DNA of 64,000 nucleotides from a virus, in the IMG/VR virus record IMGVR_UViG_3300032770_000014, positions 29,617 to 93,616 of that record. The stretch is one strand, 5' to 3'. A program made the position numbers and the translations under genes. The number at the start of each line of letters is the position of its first letter. Within the stretch, counting starts at the first letter, position 1. Positions 27,819-37,544 of this stretch are shown one piece after another. The notes beneath the pieces are model-generated. The model saw only the letters and a program-made list of their open reading frames with translations. It had not been told where the DNA came from and ran no database searches.

Positions 27819-29039
27819 ATGTACGACGACGAGTATGACGACCATCATGACAATGACTATTCTGGTGACTATTCTGATGACTATTCTGGTGATCCTACAG
27901 ACTTTAGAAATTTTGATACCGCGTCAATCTATAATCCCGAGGAGCCGGACACCTCCCCGGCTCCGGCAGCGGCCTTACCCCCTCCTCTCCCCCTCTCCAC
28001 CCGCGCCCCTGCCCCCGTCCCGGCCCCAGCTCTAGCCCCTCCTCCCTCCCTCCTCTATTCCCTTGACGCGACCGTGCCCGGCCTGTTCGCGCGCCGATCG
28101 ATCAATATCATCGTGGGAGACGCCAAGACCGGCCGACTGCGCTTCGCCCTGACTCACCTCAATACCTATGCCGATCCTGAGAATCCACTCTTCCTTGACC
28201 ACCCCGTATCCAGACCCGTCCAGCTTGGCTGCCTTCTCTGCCTCCGCGATGATAGCCGCACCTTCAACGACATCCGCGGCATGGCGCTTTCCAACCTTGA
28301 GCGGCCAGGAGTCTTCCCTACGGAGCGCTGGTACCCCTCCAAAGTCGATGAGAGCGAGCCGCTGCACTTCCTGAAACAGCCATACGATCTGCTCTCCAAC
28401 TCACATAAAGGACGCATTCGCAACGGCCCTCCGCACTTCATCCTTATCGAGAACCTGCAGCTCCTCCTCCACGGCGACACGACCAAAGAGAAGGATGTGG
28501 TCGTGTTTCTGGATCTTCTGCGCGAGTTCTGCAACGACAAGGACGTGACCATACTGGGGACTGTTGGCACTCCCAAGATGCAGAAAGGCACATCCTATTC
28601 TTCCCACTGCCAGCGCATCCGCGGCGCTTCAGTGTGGGCCGAAGGCGCCGACACGGTAATCAGTATCGAAGAGGCGCGCGCCAGTTCCAAGACTGGCCTG
28701 ACGCCTATGGATGCCGAACTCTATCGCCGGGTGACCTTAATCCCACCAGGCCAGCCCCGCTCTTACCTATGGACCCGGTTCACCCTCGACGGCCAGCTCC
28801 CTCTTGTCAGCGCACCCCAGGCCGAGATGATCACGGGACAGGGACTCATGGACCAGATGCTCGACCTGGTTGAACCCAACGCCGTGCTCAGTCGGTCAGA
28901 TTTCATGTCGTGGGGAGCCAAAGCAGGGTCCAGCGGTCGAACGGTAGACAGGTGGATCGCGGCGTGCGTCAGGTTCAATCTGCTACAGAAAAACGGCAGC
29001 GGACCAGCCACAACGTACACCAAATCGGTGCCAAATTAG
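27819..29039 (+). CDS. RepA-like (AAA_25-type) protein with degenerate P-loop and C-terminal winged-helix-like segment
   Basis: AAGGAG RBS; VPGLFARRSINIIVGDAKTGRL, FILIE, RIRGASVWAEGADTVI. Confidence 0.65.
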   Translation: MYDDEYDDHHDNDYSGDYSDDYSGDPTDFRNFDTASIYNPEEPDTSPAPAAALPPPLPLSTRAPAPVPAPALAPPPSLLYSLDATVPGLFARRSINIIVGDAKTGRLRFALTHLNTYADPENPLFLDHPVSRPVQLGCLLCLRDDSRTFNDIRGMALSNLERPGVFPTERWYPSKVDESEPLHFLKQPYDLLSNSHKGRIRNGPPHFILIENLQLLLHGDTTKEKDVVVFLDLLREFCNDKDVTILGTVGTPKMQKGTSYSSHCQRIRGASVWAEGADTVISIEEARASSKTGLTPMDAELYRRVTLIPPGQPRSYLWTRFTLDGQLPLVSAPQAEMITGQGLMDQMLDLVEPNAVLSRSDFMSWGAKAGSSGRTVDRWIAACVRFNLLQKNGSGPATTYTKSVPN

Positions 29040-29085
29040 CGCACCACAATATACGACGCCATCCCACATAATGAAACGTGCTCTA

Positions 29086-29287
29086 TACACTAGATAGATA
29101 TAGGGTGGCAACATGTCAACATAGACTTAACTTCAATCCCACCACAGAGTTAATGTTGCCACGGGCTTGGCAACATATGGCTGTATTCGTAGCCACCTCG
29201 CCTAATCTTGCCAACCCAATTGGCAACATTAAACCGCACATTACACTAGACTTAACCCTATGTTGCCATCTTGCCACTATATTGCCC
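29086..29287. repeat. Iteron-like array, candidate replication origin
   Basis: Five perfect TGGCAACAT/ATGTTGCCA copies plus three variants; TAGACTTAAC x2; TACACTAGA x2; AT-rich. Confidence 0.65.
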
Positions 29288-29447
29288 CGTTACACTTTAG
29301 TACCTTTCCATTTCCTTCGCCTTCACCATCACCTCTTCACTGCCTCCCTGCCACCTCCCCCGCCACCTCTAGCTTGCACTCCGCCGCCGTCTTCCAGACC
29401 GCTCCCCGCTCCCCTCCGACCCCTCGGAACTGCCAGCCTCCCAGGAC

Positions 29448-30185
29448 TTGCTGAATCCGTCCGGCCAGCCGTCCCTGCTGCCTGACTTCGATAACGATTC
29501 GCACCCGGCCATTGGGCAACGGCTTAACAATACGGCGGAAATCGATCCCCTGATCTGTCATACTGGACTTGTGACCCTCGCCGTTGAGTCCGTCCCGCTT
29601 GTTCTGACCCCTCGACTTTTGCATCTTCCTCCTCGTGCCTCTACTGGCACTACCACCACCACCACTGCCACCGCTACCACCGTCGAACCACCCGCCTGCG
29701 CGATCCGCTGGCCTTCGCTCGGCGTCCAGCTCCGATTCCAGGTCTCCCTCTCTGGCGACGGCGTGCCCAGTTCCCTCGTCCTCCCTCGCCAGCCCATCAG
29801 CATCAGCCCCCCGCGGTGGATTCCCAGCCAGACCATTCGCCTCTGCTCCGACCTCATCCCTCCCTACCCCCCGCGCCAACTCCCCTCTCGCCGACTGTGG
29901 TTCTGCTGCCCGAGCCGCGGCTGCCATCGCCGCTGCTCCCGGCTCTACCTGCCCGACCGCGCTGGCCGCTTCCGCTGCCGCCTCTGCTACCACCTCCAGC
30001 ATGCCTCCCTGCTCCAGCATCGTCACCGGCTGGTCGCCGCAGCCCGAGCCCCCCTGCCCCCCTCTACTCTTCGCCTCCTGCCGGCCCTCCCGCTCTGGTA
30101 CCGTTGGCACACGAACGGGAAATGGTGGAAGAATTGCTGGCGCGGCGCGGAGTGGGAAGTCGTTATGGAGCAGCCGTTGCCCTAA
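29448..30185 (+). CDS. Zn-finger hypothetical protein (start uncertain)
   Basis: WFCCP..C.RR...LY.....FRCRLC..L.HAS pattern, recognised from a widespread mobile-element family. Confidence 0.55.
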   Translation: MLNPSGQPSLLPDFDNDSHPAIGQRLNNTAEIDPLICHTGLVTLAVESVPLVLTPRLLHLPPRASTGTTTTTTATATTVEPPACAIRWPSLGVQLRFQVSLSGDGVPSSLVLPRQPISISPPRWIPSQTIRLCSDLIPPYPPRQLPSRRLWFCCPSRGCHRRCSRLYLPDRAGRFRCRLCYHLQHASLLQHRHRLVAAARAPLPPSTLRLLPALPLWYRWHTNGKWWKNCWRGAEWEVVMEQPLP

Positions 30186-30477
30186 GAGGAACACTGGCCA
30201 GGATGGTTGTCGGCTGACCCTCTTCCTTCCTGCTCCCTCCCCGGCCCTCCCGCAGGATCTCTAGGCAGACCTGCGCGGTCCATTCCGCGCACTCCAGAGT
30301 CCCACGCAAGAACTTCTCTTCCTCTCGATCGTGCTCTTGGGCTAGCTTGGCACGGCAGTCGGCCGCTTGGGCCAGCGAGTCCCTCCGGACCCGGCGCGCC
30401 AAGGCCAGGTCGCGGCTGTAAAGGGAATAGTCGGCAGACTGATGCGCCGGACGAGTGCACTGCTTTGGTGATTTCAT
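30163..30477 (-). CDS. Hypothetical protein
   Basis: GGAGGAGG RBS before MKSPKQ. Confidence 0.4.
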   Translation of the reverse strand: MKSPKQCTRPAHQSADYSLYSRDLALARRVRRDSLAQAADCRAKLAQEHDREEEKFLRGTLECAEWTAQVCLEILREGRGGSRKEEGQPTTILASVPLRATAAP

Positions 30478-30721
30478 TCCAAAATTCCTCCTCCTCCGTT
30501 GATGTTGCAAACCCTAGTTCCTCCCTCCCTTGCCTGCCCACTTGCCCACCCCCCTCCCCTCGACCAAGGCGGGAGGGAGGCCGGCCGGGCCAATCCCCAG
30601 CGGCCTCCCCTCTTGGCGGGCGCCCGTGAGAGCTGCCGTTCGCCATTCCTGGTGAACCTCTCCGGGCGGGTGCAGGTGGGCGGTGGTGCGAGAGGTTGAG
30701 TGAGGATTCCGCTGGGCGCGG

Positions 30722-30874
30722 TTAGTCTTCGTCTTCTTTCATTTTGACGTGGAGTTCTTCCAGCGTTTCTCTCAACTGGTCGCACTCGTAGATGATTTGC
30801 CCGATTCCAATGTCAGTGAGTTCTTCCGGTTCAACGAATTTGTCTTCCAAGTCGATGATCTTTAGGCGTACCAT
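30722..30874 (-). CDS. Small acidic protein (50 aa)
   Basis: GGAG RBS; MVRLKIIDLEDKF...EDED*. Confidence 0.45.
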   Translation of the reverse strand: MVRLKIIDLEDKFVEPEELTDIGIGQIIYECDQLRETLEELHVKMKEDED

Positions 30875-30893
30875 CTTTTCTCCTCCCCCTCAA

Positions 30894-31151
30894 TTAGGAA
30901 GCCAAAATCACCCCAGCCAGCAAAACCCCTGCCAGCCAGACCCAGACCCAGGCCGGCACCCTGCCCCAGCTCCTGCCCCAGCTCCGCCATATCCCCGGCC
31001 GGCAATAAACCACCCCGGCCAGCCGGTACGGCCGTTGCTCGCGGATCTCGGCCAGCAAAACCGCTTCCCGGTCGGGCCGATGCTGCCCTGCCTGCTCTGT
31101 CTGGCCTGCCTGCCCGGCCTGCCATAGCGCATTACATCGATCTTGCGTCAT
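30894..31151 (-). CDS. Small membrane protein
   Basis: Trp-rich repeat and C-terminal TM segment. Confidence 0.4.
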   Translation of the reverse strand: MTQDRCNALWQAGQAGQTEQAGQHRPDREAVLLAEIREQRPYRLAGVVYCRPGIWRSWGRSWGRVPAWVWVWLAGVLLAGVILAS

Positions 31152-31152
31152 T

Positions 31153-31842
31153 TCACCGTACCCCCACCGATAAATCATGCCCAAAGTAGTCAATTCCTAA
31201 CTTCTCCTCGATTCCATAAGGCAAGAATGGGTTATACACCCGCGGATTGACCCCACGGCCCCAACACGCTTTCATCCAATCCTTGAGACTTTGCGCCGGC
31301 CTGCGCTTCAACAGTTCCCATCCTGCGGTGCTGCAATCGACAAACACACCCCAGTCTTGATAGGTAATACCCCACTTGTCTCTAAATGGAGTGCCAACCT
31401 TCCGCAGTTCAGCCTTGAATCCGTTAAACCTCGCTCGCTCTGCCTGGTGCTCTGCAGCCTCCCGCGTGTACTTCTCGCACCCATACCCCTGTGAGGCATA
31501 AGATCCTGAATAGACAGTAGAGACGTGGTTTAGCTCCAGCGTGTGATCTGGGAGGCACTCTCGTGCAATAGCGTCTAGTTTCTCCTCTAGTGCCTTCTCT
31601 GCCGGCCGGTATACTTCTTTCAGCCATACGTCCGCGCGCGCCCTGAAGTCAGCGTCAATGGCTACCCCGTTTGGGCACTGCGAAAATTTTTCTCGTGAAT
31701 ACCGGCGCCGCGGAAAAGCTGTCTTGTAATCCGCTGCCAGTGCTGCGGTCAGCTCTCCGTTCATCTCGTCTGACTTTTGCCGCAGTGTAGGCCATAATGC
31801 CTGCAGTTCTGTTAGTGTTTTCTCAAAGTCTTGAAAGTTCAT
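31153..31842 (-). CDS. Hypothetical protein
   Basis: AAGGAGG RBS; 229-aa clean ORF. Confidence 0.6.
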   Translation of the reverse strand: MNFQDFEKTLTELQALWPTLRQKSDEMNGELTAALAADYKTAFPRRRYSREKFSQCPNGVAIDADFRARADVWLKEVYRPAEKALEEKLDAIARECLPDHTLELNHVSTVYSGSYASQGYGCEKYTREAAEHQAERARFNGFKAELRKVGTPFRDKWGITYQDWGVFVDCSTAGWELLKRRPAQSLKDWMKACWGRGVNPRVYNPFLPYGIEEKLGIDYFGHDLSVGVR

Positions 31843-31878
31843 CTTACAATCCTCCTTCGCGTGTGATCTCTCTCTGTC

Positions 31879-32166
31879 TCACAGCATCCCCCAGACTCGC
31901 GCCCACCACCACGGCGCCAGAATCACCCCCCAAGCCACGACGGCCAGCGCGAGCAGGATCAGCAGCACTCCCCACGGCGGGAGAGCAAACTTAGGCCTGC
32001 CCTCCTCGACCTCGACCTCGACCTCTGCCTGCGCTCCTGCCCCTATCCCTCCCCGCGCCCTCTCTCCCGCGCGCGCCATTGCCTGCATCTCTGCCAGCTC
32101 CGCCGGCCGTGGCATGATCCCGTACCGCGCCAGCACTCGTAACGTCACTAACTGAGTCTCTGTCAT
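31879..32166 (-). CDS. Small membrane protein
   Basis: C-terminal TM helix. Confidence 0.5.
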   Translation of the reverse strand: MTETQLVTLRVLARYGIMPRPAELAEMQAMARAGERARGGIGAGAQAEVEVEVEEGRPKFALPPWGVLLILLALAVVAWGVILAPWWWARVWGML

Positions 32167-32169
32167 CTC

Positions 32170-32361
32170 TCATCGCCTCCATTCTGCCTGCTCGGCGTAC
32201 CACTCGGACCTCGGCCGCTCCGCTGGCCCGAACTCTCCCCGGACCCACTCAACCCGGCGCAGATACTTGCGACCCCGCCGGGTCAGCACAAGCGGAATAC
32301 TCTCTGCGACTATCCAGCTGATAGTGATAGTCCAAGGAATCCAATGCATTAGATCGTACAT
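32170..32361 (-). CDS. Small membrane protein
   Basis: N-terminal hydrophobic segment and RBS. Confidence 0.45.
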   Translation of the reverse strand: MYDLMHWIPWTITISWIVAESIPLVLTRRGRKYLRRVEWVRGEFGPAERPRSEWYAEQAEWRR

Positions 32362-32457
32362 GGTCTAACCTCTCGCTCGCCAGCTCTCGCCTGCGCACAT
32401 TTCCTGTATGCGGGGGATTCGCGCCCCCCCCCCTCGCCTGCCCTTCCCTTAACCCCG

Positions 32458-33087
32458 CTAACTCATCTCTCTAACCGCTGCCGCAATGGCTCTCTTGTTG
32501 AATCCCATCTCGTACAAGATCCTCCTCAGCTCGCTCAACTGATTCCGTTCCTCTTCGCGGATGTAGGACTCTTCAGAGTCAGACTCGATCCCCCAGAGTC
32601 CGCCCGAGGTCACTTTCTGACAGACTCCGCCGATAACCACTTCGGCCTTGGCGCCGATGCCAATGAATACCCAGTTTCCCCTCTGCAAACCTTCCATCCG
32701 CGCGTAGTCCTGCGCGACATACTTCCGGATCTCTTCCGGAGTGTTGCCGTCAATCGGCTGCCCTTTTTCGTCAACGTAATTGAAAGAGGGATTGAAATAA
32801 CGATACTCGCGGTGATTCCATTCCCCACACTCGCACTCATATTCTGGACATACTTCGCTGCAGTCGGTTGCCTCACATTTCAAGCAACGTCCCTCTGCCT
32901 CACTCCAATCGTGCGTGTTCGTGTAATCGCCCTGAGACGTGCGTAGTGGGCAATCCTCCTCGTGCGCGCGGTCAATCGAGAATTCGCTTGTCCGCCGATT
33001 CGAGTACTCCCCCAACCAACTCGTGTCAGGGTCTGTGTCGTCCATCCGCTCTAGTTCGATCTTGAGAATGCGTTTCGTCTGTTTCAT
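32458..33087 (-). CDS. Conserved phage hypothetical protein
   Basis: DTDPDTSWLG...QDYARME...W.FIGI...GLWGIESD motifs; RBS before MKQTK. Confidence 0.6.
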   Translation of the reverse strand: MKQTKRILKIELERMDDTDPDTSWLGEYSNRRTSEFSIDRAHEEDCPLRTSQGDYTNTHDWSEAEGRCLKCEATDCSEVCPEYECECGEWNHREYRYFNPSFNYVDEKGQPIDGNTPEEIRKYVAQDYARMEGLQRGNWVFIGIGAKAEVVIGGVCQKVTSGGLWGIESDSEESYIREEERNQLSELRRILYEMGFNKRAIAAAVREMS

Positions 33088-33137
33088 GGCGTCTTTTCTC
33101 CTCTTCGTCGGCACCTCCGCCGGCCGGTTTACCTGCG

Positions 33138-33386
33138 TTACGCTTTGACCCACATGTGAAACGGACCGTCAAACCTGTATTCTTGTCCGTTTGGCGCCAT
33201 GGCGCGCAATGTAGGCAGATTCCCGTTATACCCTTGCTCATCCATCCACATGGCGAATCCCCAGTCTTGCAAAGATTCGCCACACCAGAACTTGACCGTG
33301 CAGGAGATCCGGTTAATGTCCGTGCGCATCGCAACCTGAATGCGCGCCAAGCGTGCAGCTGATGTATCGCTGTAGGCCATTGTCAT
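33138..33386 (-). CDS. Hypothetical protein
   Basis: AAGGAGG RBS. Confidence 0.5.
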   Translation of the reverse strand: MTMAYSDTSAARLARIQVAMRTDINRISCTVKFWCGESLQDWGFAMWMDEQGYNGNLPTLRAMAPNGQEYRFDGPFHMWVKA

Positions 33387-33735
33387 TTCCTCCTTACCTG
33401 CGAGTCTGAATCCGTGCCAGCGCAACGGCCAGCACGAGGAAAACTGCGGGTATTGCGTACACGGGGCAGACAGTCATAACTTGCGTCATTTCTACTTGCT
33501 CCACGTCTGGTACTCGTCCATGGTCGCAAACACCGCGTATCCTCCACACACCTTGACGATCTTCGCGGCATCGCGGTACCAGTCTTTAATCTGTTTCAGT
33601 GTGTACCCAGTTATCAGTCTCATCTCACTCCCTCCTCCTCTGCTACCCATACCCCCCAAGCATGACCCCTACTCCATCCATACTTCTCACATCTCCCAGC
33701 CATCCCCTAGCCCCCCCCCCGGCCCTCTTGTTGAT

Positions 33736-34308
33736 TTAGTCCGCTCCAACCGCAACCTCTTTAGAATCAGCAAGATACTTATACAAACTCTGTCTACTGA
33801 CTCCCATCTCTCTCGAAACACGAGACTTAGACACCCCCGCTGCCAGTTTCCCTCGAATCTCGTCTATATCCTGTTGATTTAAAACGGGTTTGCGCCCTTT
33901 ATACTTCCCAGCCAATTTTGCCAGTGCTATTCCCTCGCGCTGCCTCTCAAGAATCAAACTGCGCTCAAATTCGGCTACCGCTCCGAGTAAGTTCAACAAT
34001 AATATAGACATAGGCGAATCTTGTCCGGTGAATTGGACATTCTCTTTTACAAACTCGACTCGGACTCCCTTGACGATCAACTGGTCTACAATTTTCCGTA
34101 GATCGATCAAATTGCGCGCCAGGCGGTCCATCGAATGCACCAGGACGGTATCGCCGGCGCGCGCAAACTCTATCATTTCCAGTAACTTAGGACGCGCACA
34201 GTCTTTGCCTGAGGCTTTGTCTTCGAAGATCCGGTCAACCTGGGCGCCCTCGAGCTGGCGCGCTGTGTTCTGGTCGATCGTTGAGACGCGGCGGTATCCG
34301 ATGCGCAT
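33736..34308 (-). CDS. Small serine recombinase (resolvase/invertase)
   Basis: GYRRVST.DQN..RQ, RP.L, DRLAR, VAEFER..I.ERQREG, C-terminal HTH. Confidence 0.95.
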   Translation of the reverse strand: MRIGYRRVSTIDQNTARQLEGAQVDRIFEDKASGKDCARPKLLEMIEFARAGDTVLVHSMDRLARNLIDLRKIVDQLIVKGVRVEFVKENVQFTGQDSPMSILLLNLLGAVAEFERSLILERQREGIALAKLAGKYKGRKPVLNQQDIDEIRGKLAAGVSKSRVSREMGVSRQSLYKYLADSKEVAVGAD

Positions 34309-34329
34309 GACGGTGACTCGACTCTCTGG

Positions 34330-34356
34330 TAAGTTAGTCTAAGTTGGACTAACTTA
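34330..34356. repeat. Inverted repeat upstream of the resolvase (res-like site)
   Basis: TAAGTTAGTC-N7-GACTAACTTA. Confidence 0.6.
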
Positions 34357-34361
34357 GGTAG

Positions 34362-34628
34362 TTATGCTGCCAAGTTATCCGCGTGAGTGGTATCGACACT
34401 AACCACTGTCCGCTCGCCTTTGCGAATGATATAGCAGGTTCCGATGTTAGAGTAAATGCAGCAATAGACACGCTGCCACACGTGGCCGGCCCAAACCTTG
34501 TATCGAGTAGGGATCTTATCGCCGTAGCCTGTGGCTGTATAAGTTAGTCCCGCGCGCTGCCAAGGTAGCTCTACTCTCTTGACGTTTGCTCCGCTGAATT
34601 CTAATCTATCTTCGGTCCAAGTCGCCAT
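34362..34628 (-). CDS. Conserved phage hypothetical protein
   Basis: TATGYG.KIPTRY...W.RVYC..YSN.GT.YI motif. Confidence 0.6.
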   Translation of the reverse strand: MATWTEDRLEFSGANVKRVELPWQRAGLTYTATGYGDKIPTRYKVWAGHVWQRVYCCIYSNIGTCYIIRKGERTVVSVDTTHADNLAA

Positions 34629-34716
34629 AATCCTCTTCCCTTCCGCGCGGACTTGTGACCGCGCTATGTGCATTAGACGGCCTGAGTTGGCAGGCCGCTC
34701 ACTCTGCTGTGCTTTG

Positions 34717-35298
34717 TTACTTAGCGTAGTGCTTCCGTTCCATTTCCGCACCAGCGTAATCCCTTGCTGCCTGATAGTCGTTCCAGAATCTTTGCTCGCC
34801 TACATACCATGCCTGATAACATTGACTAGGCTTGCCGTCCTGGTCTTCCCACTTGTTGACTAACTGCAATTCTGGGAATCTCTCAGCGAACAGATCATAG
34901 CGGACATCCGTAAGCATGGCGCAATCAAAGCATTCATGGATCTCATCTTTAATATCGTTCCGATTGCGTCCACTAATACGGATGTTGAAACGGAATTGCA
35001 GACTAGGAGTAACGGTAACAGTGTGCTCTGTCCAGCCGTCATAGTATCCGCTGTCGCTCATGTGATGGAAGCTAGTATGGAAAACTAACTTGTCCGCATG
35101 ACTGGCATCTAGGTCAATCGTAGTACCGGAATCAAAGCCAGATCCATGTGGGCAATGTTGCTTGACTAACTTCTCAATCTTTTCTTCATGCCGGTCAAAC
35201 CATTCCCGATTGACTGGGTTACTCTGCGCACAATTGCGCCTTGCTGCTACTAGGCTTGCTAACTCGCTGTAAAGGTAGCGTGCCTGATTCATGGTCAT
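34717..35298 (-). CDS. Conserved phage hypothetical protein
   Basis: PHGSGFD...FHHM...GYYDGWTEH motif. Confidence 0.65.
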   Translation of the reverse strand: MTMNQARYLYSELASLVAARRNCAQSNPVNREWFDRHEEKIEKLVKQHCPHGSGFDSGTTIDLDASHADKLVFHTSFHHMSDSGYYDGWTEHTVTVTPSLQFRFNIRISGRNRNDIKDEIHECFDCAMLTDVRYDLFAERFPELQLVNKWEDQDGKPSQCYQAWYVGEQRFWNDYQAARDYAGAEMERKHYAK

Positions 35299-35340
35299 TC
35301 CCCTTTCAACATTCCCTTGTGTCCAACCTTTGCCAATCCG

Positions 35341-35655
35341 TTAGACAGCATTGTTATAGCCGCATCGATGTGACCGCTCCACCATTTGTCCGCAGCAATC
35401 ACACTTAATCGGCGGTACGCGGTGCATTGGAGTCTTGTTAGCATCGGCCTGAAAGTAACCACGGTCAATTTGCGCTTGCATGGCCGTGATAGCTTCCAGT
35501 TCAGTCTGTGCCGTGATCCCTCCACTACAACCATGCCCCCGATAATGGGCATCGACTACAGTCTCGCCATTGGCGAGTCTGAATGATGGATTGAAGTATA
35601 GATCGATCCAATACTTCCCTCCGCGAGACTCCCACCGCGCTAACTTGTATTCCAT
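35341..35655 (-). CDS. Hypothetical protein
   Basis: GGAGG RBS; ARWESRGGKYW. Confidence 0.55.
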   Translation of the reverse strand: MEYKLARWESRGGKYWIDLYFNPSFRLANGETVVDAHYRGHGCSGGITAQTELEAITAMQAQIDRGYFQADANKTPMHRVPPIKCDCCGQMVERSHRCGYNNAV

Positions 35656-36184
35656 AACTCTTACCCTCCCTCATCAATCCTTATCACTTCCCTGTGTGTC
35701 AACCTTACTTTCCTATACTCTCCCACAATCTCCTAAATCTGTCAAGCAAAATCTTAGAACTATTTTCAGAAGTGTCAGAATGGGCAAAGGGAATGTCAGT
35801 CAGACAGCGACAGCATCATATATATGTGGTCAACTTAGCCTACGCCTTAGATGGACAGCGAGCGGGACTGGGACCGGGCGCCAGGCGGACTCGGACTAGG
35901 CGGACTAGCTATAGATCTCCCTGCCCCTCCCCTCCCCCTGCCGGCCAGCTCCTCCCCCCTCCCCAGCTCCCCAGCTCCCAGTCAGACTCGCTCGCAGATC
36001 GCTCAGACCACCGCTCGCCCGCGCCGGCGCCAGCGCGTTCTCAGGGGGGTGCGCGAGCGGCTGGACGTGGCCAAGATGTTGGACTCCTAGCCATCTTACT
36101 CATTCCATTATATTTATTTCACATTTTATTCATTTCGTATTAAGGTTGACTTATTTTTATGCTTGACACAATCCATTGGCTTGT

Positions 36185-36200
36185 TACATGATTCCGTGTA
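36185..36200. promoter_or_regulatory. Palindromic operator copy
   Basis: TACATGATTCCGTGTA; its reverse complement is 15/16 identical to TACATGGAATCATGTA. Confidence 0.55.
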
Positions 36201-36243
36201 GGGCTGTGAGAGTTGGCATCAAGGAACTAGGAGAAATGTTGAT

Positions 36244-36272
36244 TTGACTTGACTTACACTGGATTCTATACT
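36244..36272 (+). promoter_or_regulatory. Sigma70-type promoter
   Basis: TTGACT-17 nt-TATACT. Confidence 0.7.
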
Positions 36273-36307
36273 GTCTGTAGGCGGTATGGTTATCGTCTGG
36301 AGGCGGT

Positions 36308-36775
36308 ATGAAACCTATGGCAGATGCGGACGGCCAGCACTATCTGAACCTTGAAACCGAAGAGATGGTCCGGCTGGTTCCGGTCAAGCACCGCGGCGTT
36401 CGCTTCGCCTACCCTGGAGGGTATCTGACTATGAGTTTGATTGATGCAAAGAGACTTATTGAGTTGAGGCTACCGGCAGATGGATACCGGCTGGCGATCT
36501 CGGTAGCCACTAAGGCGACTGTAGCGACTGGGCTGGTCCACTTCTCGAACGCGGAGTTCGGAGCGGAGTTGGGACTCAGACCACAGCGCGTGTCCGACCT
36601 GTTCGCGATCCTGAAGAAGCATGGCTTTGTGCGGCGGTTGTCATCGCGGGTCGTGTTGGTCAATCCGCGCTGGTGCTTCCGCGGCAACCCTGAACAGCAA
36701 CGTGCGGCGATCGAGGAATGGGCGCAGTTCAATCCTCCGGCGATGGTACGGAAGGGAAAAGGAAAAGCCGCATGA
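36308..36775 (+). CDS. RepL-like winged-HTH protein
   Basis: GGAGG RBS; HTH (EFGAELGLRPQRVSDLFAILKKHG) followed by VNPRWCFRG. Confidence 0.65.
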   Translation: MKPMADADGQHYLNLETEEMVRLVPVKHRGVRFAYPGGYLTMSLIDAKRLIELRLPADGYRLAISVATKATVATGLVHFSNAEFGAELGLRPQRVSDLFAILKKHGFVRRLSSRVVLVNPRWCFRGNPEQQRAAIEEWAQFNPPAMVRKGKGKAA

Positions 36776-37047
36776 ACGCTCTCACCCGCCTCGTCCTCAG
36801 CGTTCCCTGTCCCCGGTGCCGGGCCTCCGCGGGGGAGGCTTGCCAGACGTCCGCCGCAGAATGGGCTATCTCGAAATATCCGTGGCACTACGAGCGTTGG
36901 GCCAACCGGCCGCTGGCGCAGTCGGAGGAGGCGGTCAGTCGGCGCTATCGCGAGAAACTGTCCCCCGAGCGCCGCGCCGAGGTTGCGCGCCGACAGAGGG
37001 AGTCGCAGCGGAGGCTGCGGCGGGAACGGTTGGGGAGAGTGAACTGA
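36772..37047 (+). CDS. Zn-finger protein
   Basis: CPRC.A..G..C...H..R. Confidence 0.5.
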   Translation: MNALTRLVLSVPCPRCRASAGEACQTSAAEWAISKYPWHYERWANRPLAQSEEAVSRRYREKLSPERRAEVARRQRESQRRLRRERLGRVN

Positions 37048-37076
37048 CCCACCTGAAAATAATTATGCTTGACCTA

Positions 37077-37123
37077 TTGACAGGAAGGTCCGGGTCTGGC
37101 ATTCTTTTACATGGAACTGTGAA
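37077..37123 (+). promoter_or_regulatory. Promoter plus degenerate operator
   Basis: TTGACA-17 nt-CATTCT, followed by TACATGGAACTGTGAA (37108-37123). Confidence 0.45.
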
Positions 37124-37146
37124 TCGCCACCCCAAGGAGTCACCTT

Positions 37147-37491
37147 ATGTCGAGCGACAAGTACACCCTGAGTGAATCTGCTTTAGTGTTCACACTGGCG
37201 TTTCTCCTGATCTGCCTGACGGCGATCGCAATGCTCCCTCTACTGCTGCTGACGGCGTGGATGCGCGAGACAGTATGGAACTGGTATTGCGCGGCGGTTC
37301 ATCTCCCACCCGTTTCGATCTGGTTCATGTTCGTGGTCGGCCTGTTTGTGAGCATGTTCCTGCCTAGCTATCCGACGTTGAAGGATGACCTGCTGAAGTT
37401 CAAGTCGTGGCAGAATTCGCTGTTTTCGTTTACGGGGCAGGTGATTGTCTTTGTCATTATTGCTATAGTGCATATTTGGTTTAAGGGTTGA
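37147..37491 (+). CDS. Membrane protein (3 TM)
   Basis: AAGGAG RBS; three hydrophobic segments. Confidence 0.6.
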   Translation: MSSDKYTLSESALVFTLAFLLICLTAIAMLPLLLLTAWMRETVWNWYCAAVHLPPVSIWFMFVVGLFVSMFLPSYPTLKDDLLKFKSWQNSLFSFTGQVIVFVIIAIVHIWFKG

Positions 37492-37503
37492 GAGGGAGAG
37501 TAG

Positions 37504-37534
<31 letters not shown>

Positions 37535-37544
37535 GCTGACCATA

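Noticed and set aside
29086-29287. Repeat array as a mini-CRISPR, given the nearby Cas4-like gene
   Set aside because: The repeats are 9 nt, irregularly spaced and in both orientations; there are no cas core genes.
33486-33623. Small minus-strand ORF ending ...WSK-TAG-AAA-TGA, hinting at amber-to-Gln recoding
   Set aside because: Several clear genes (lysozyme-like, AAA protein, TerL, portal) end at TAG and the long genes contain no internal TAG; no suppressor tRNA was seen.
35660-36180. Divergent non-coding region as genome terminus or pac site
   Set aside because: Plausible by position, but there is no terminal repeat or diagnostic motif; read-coverage data are needed.
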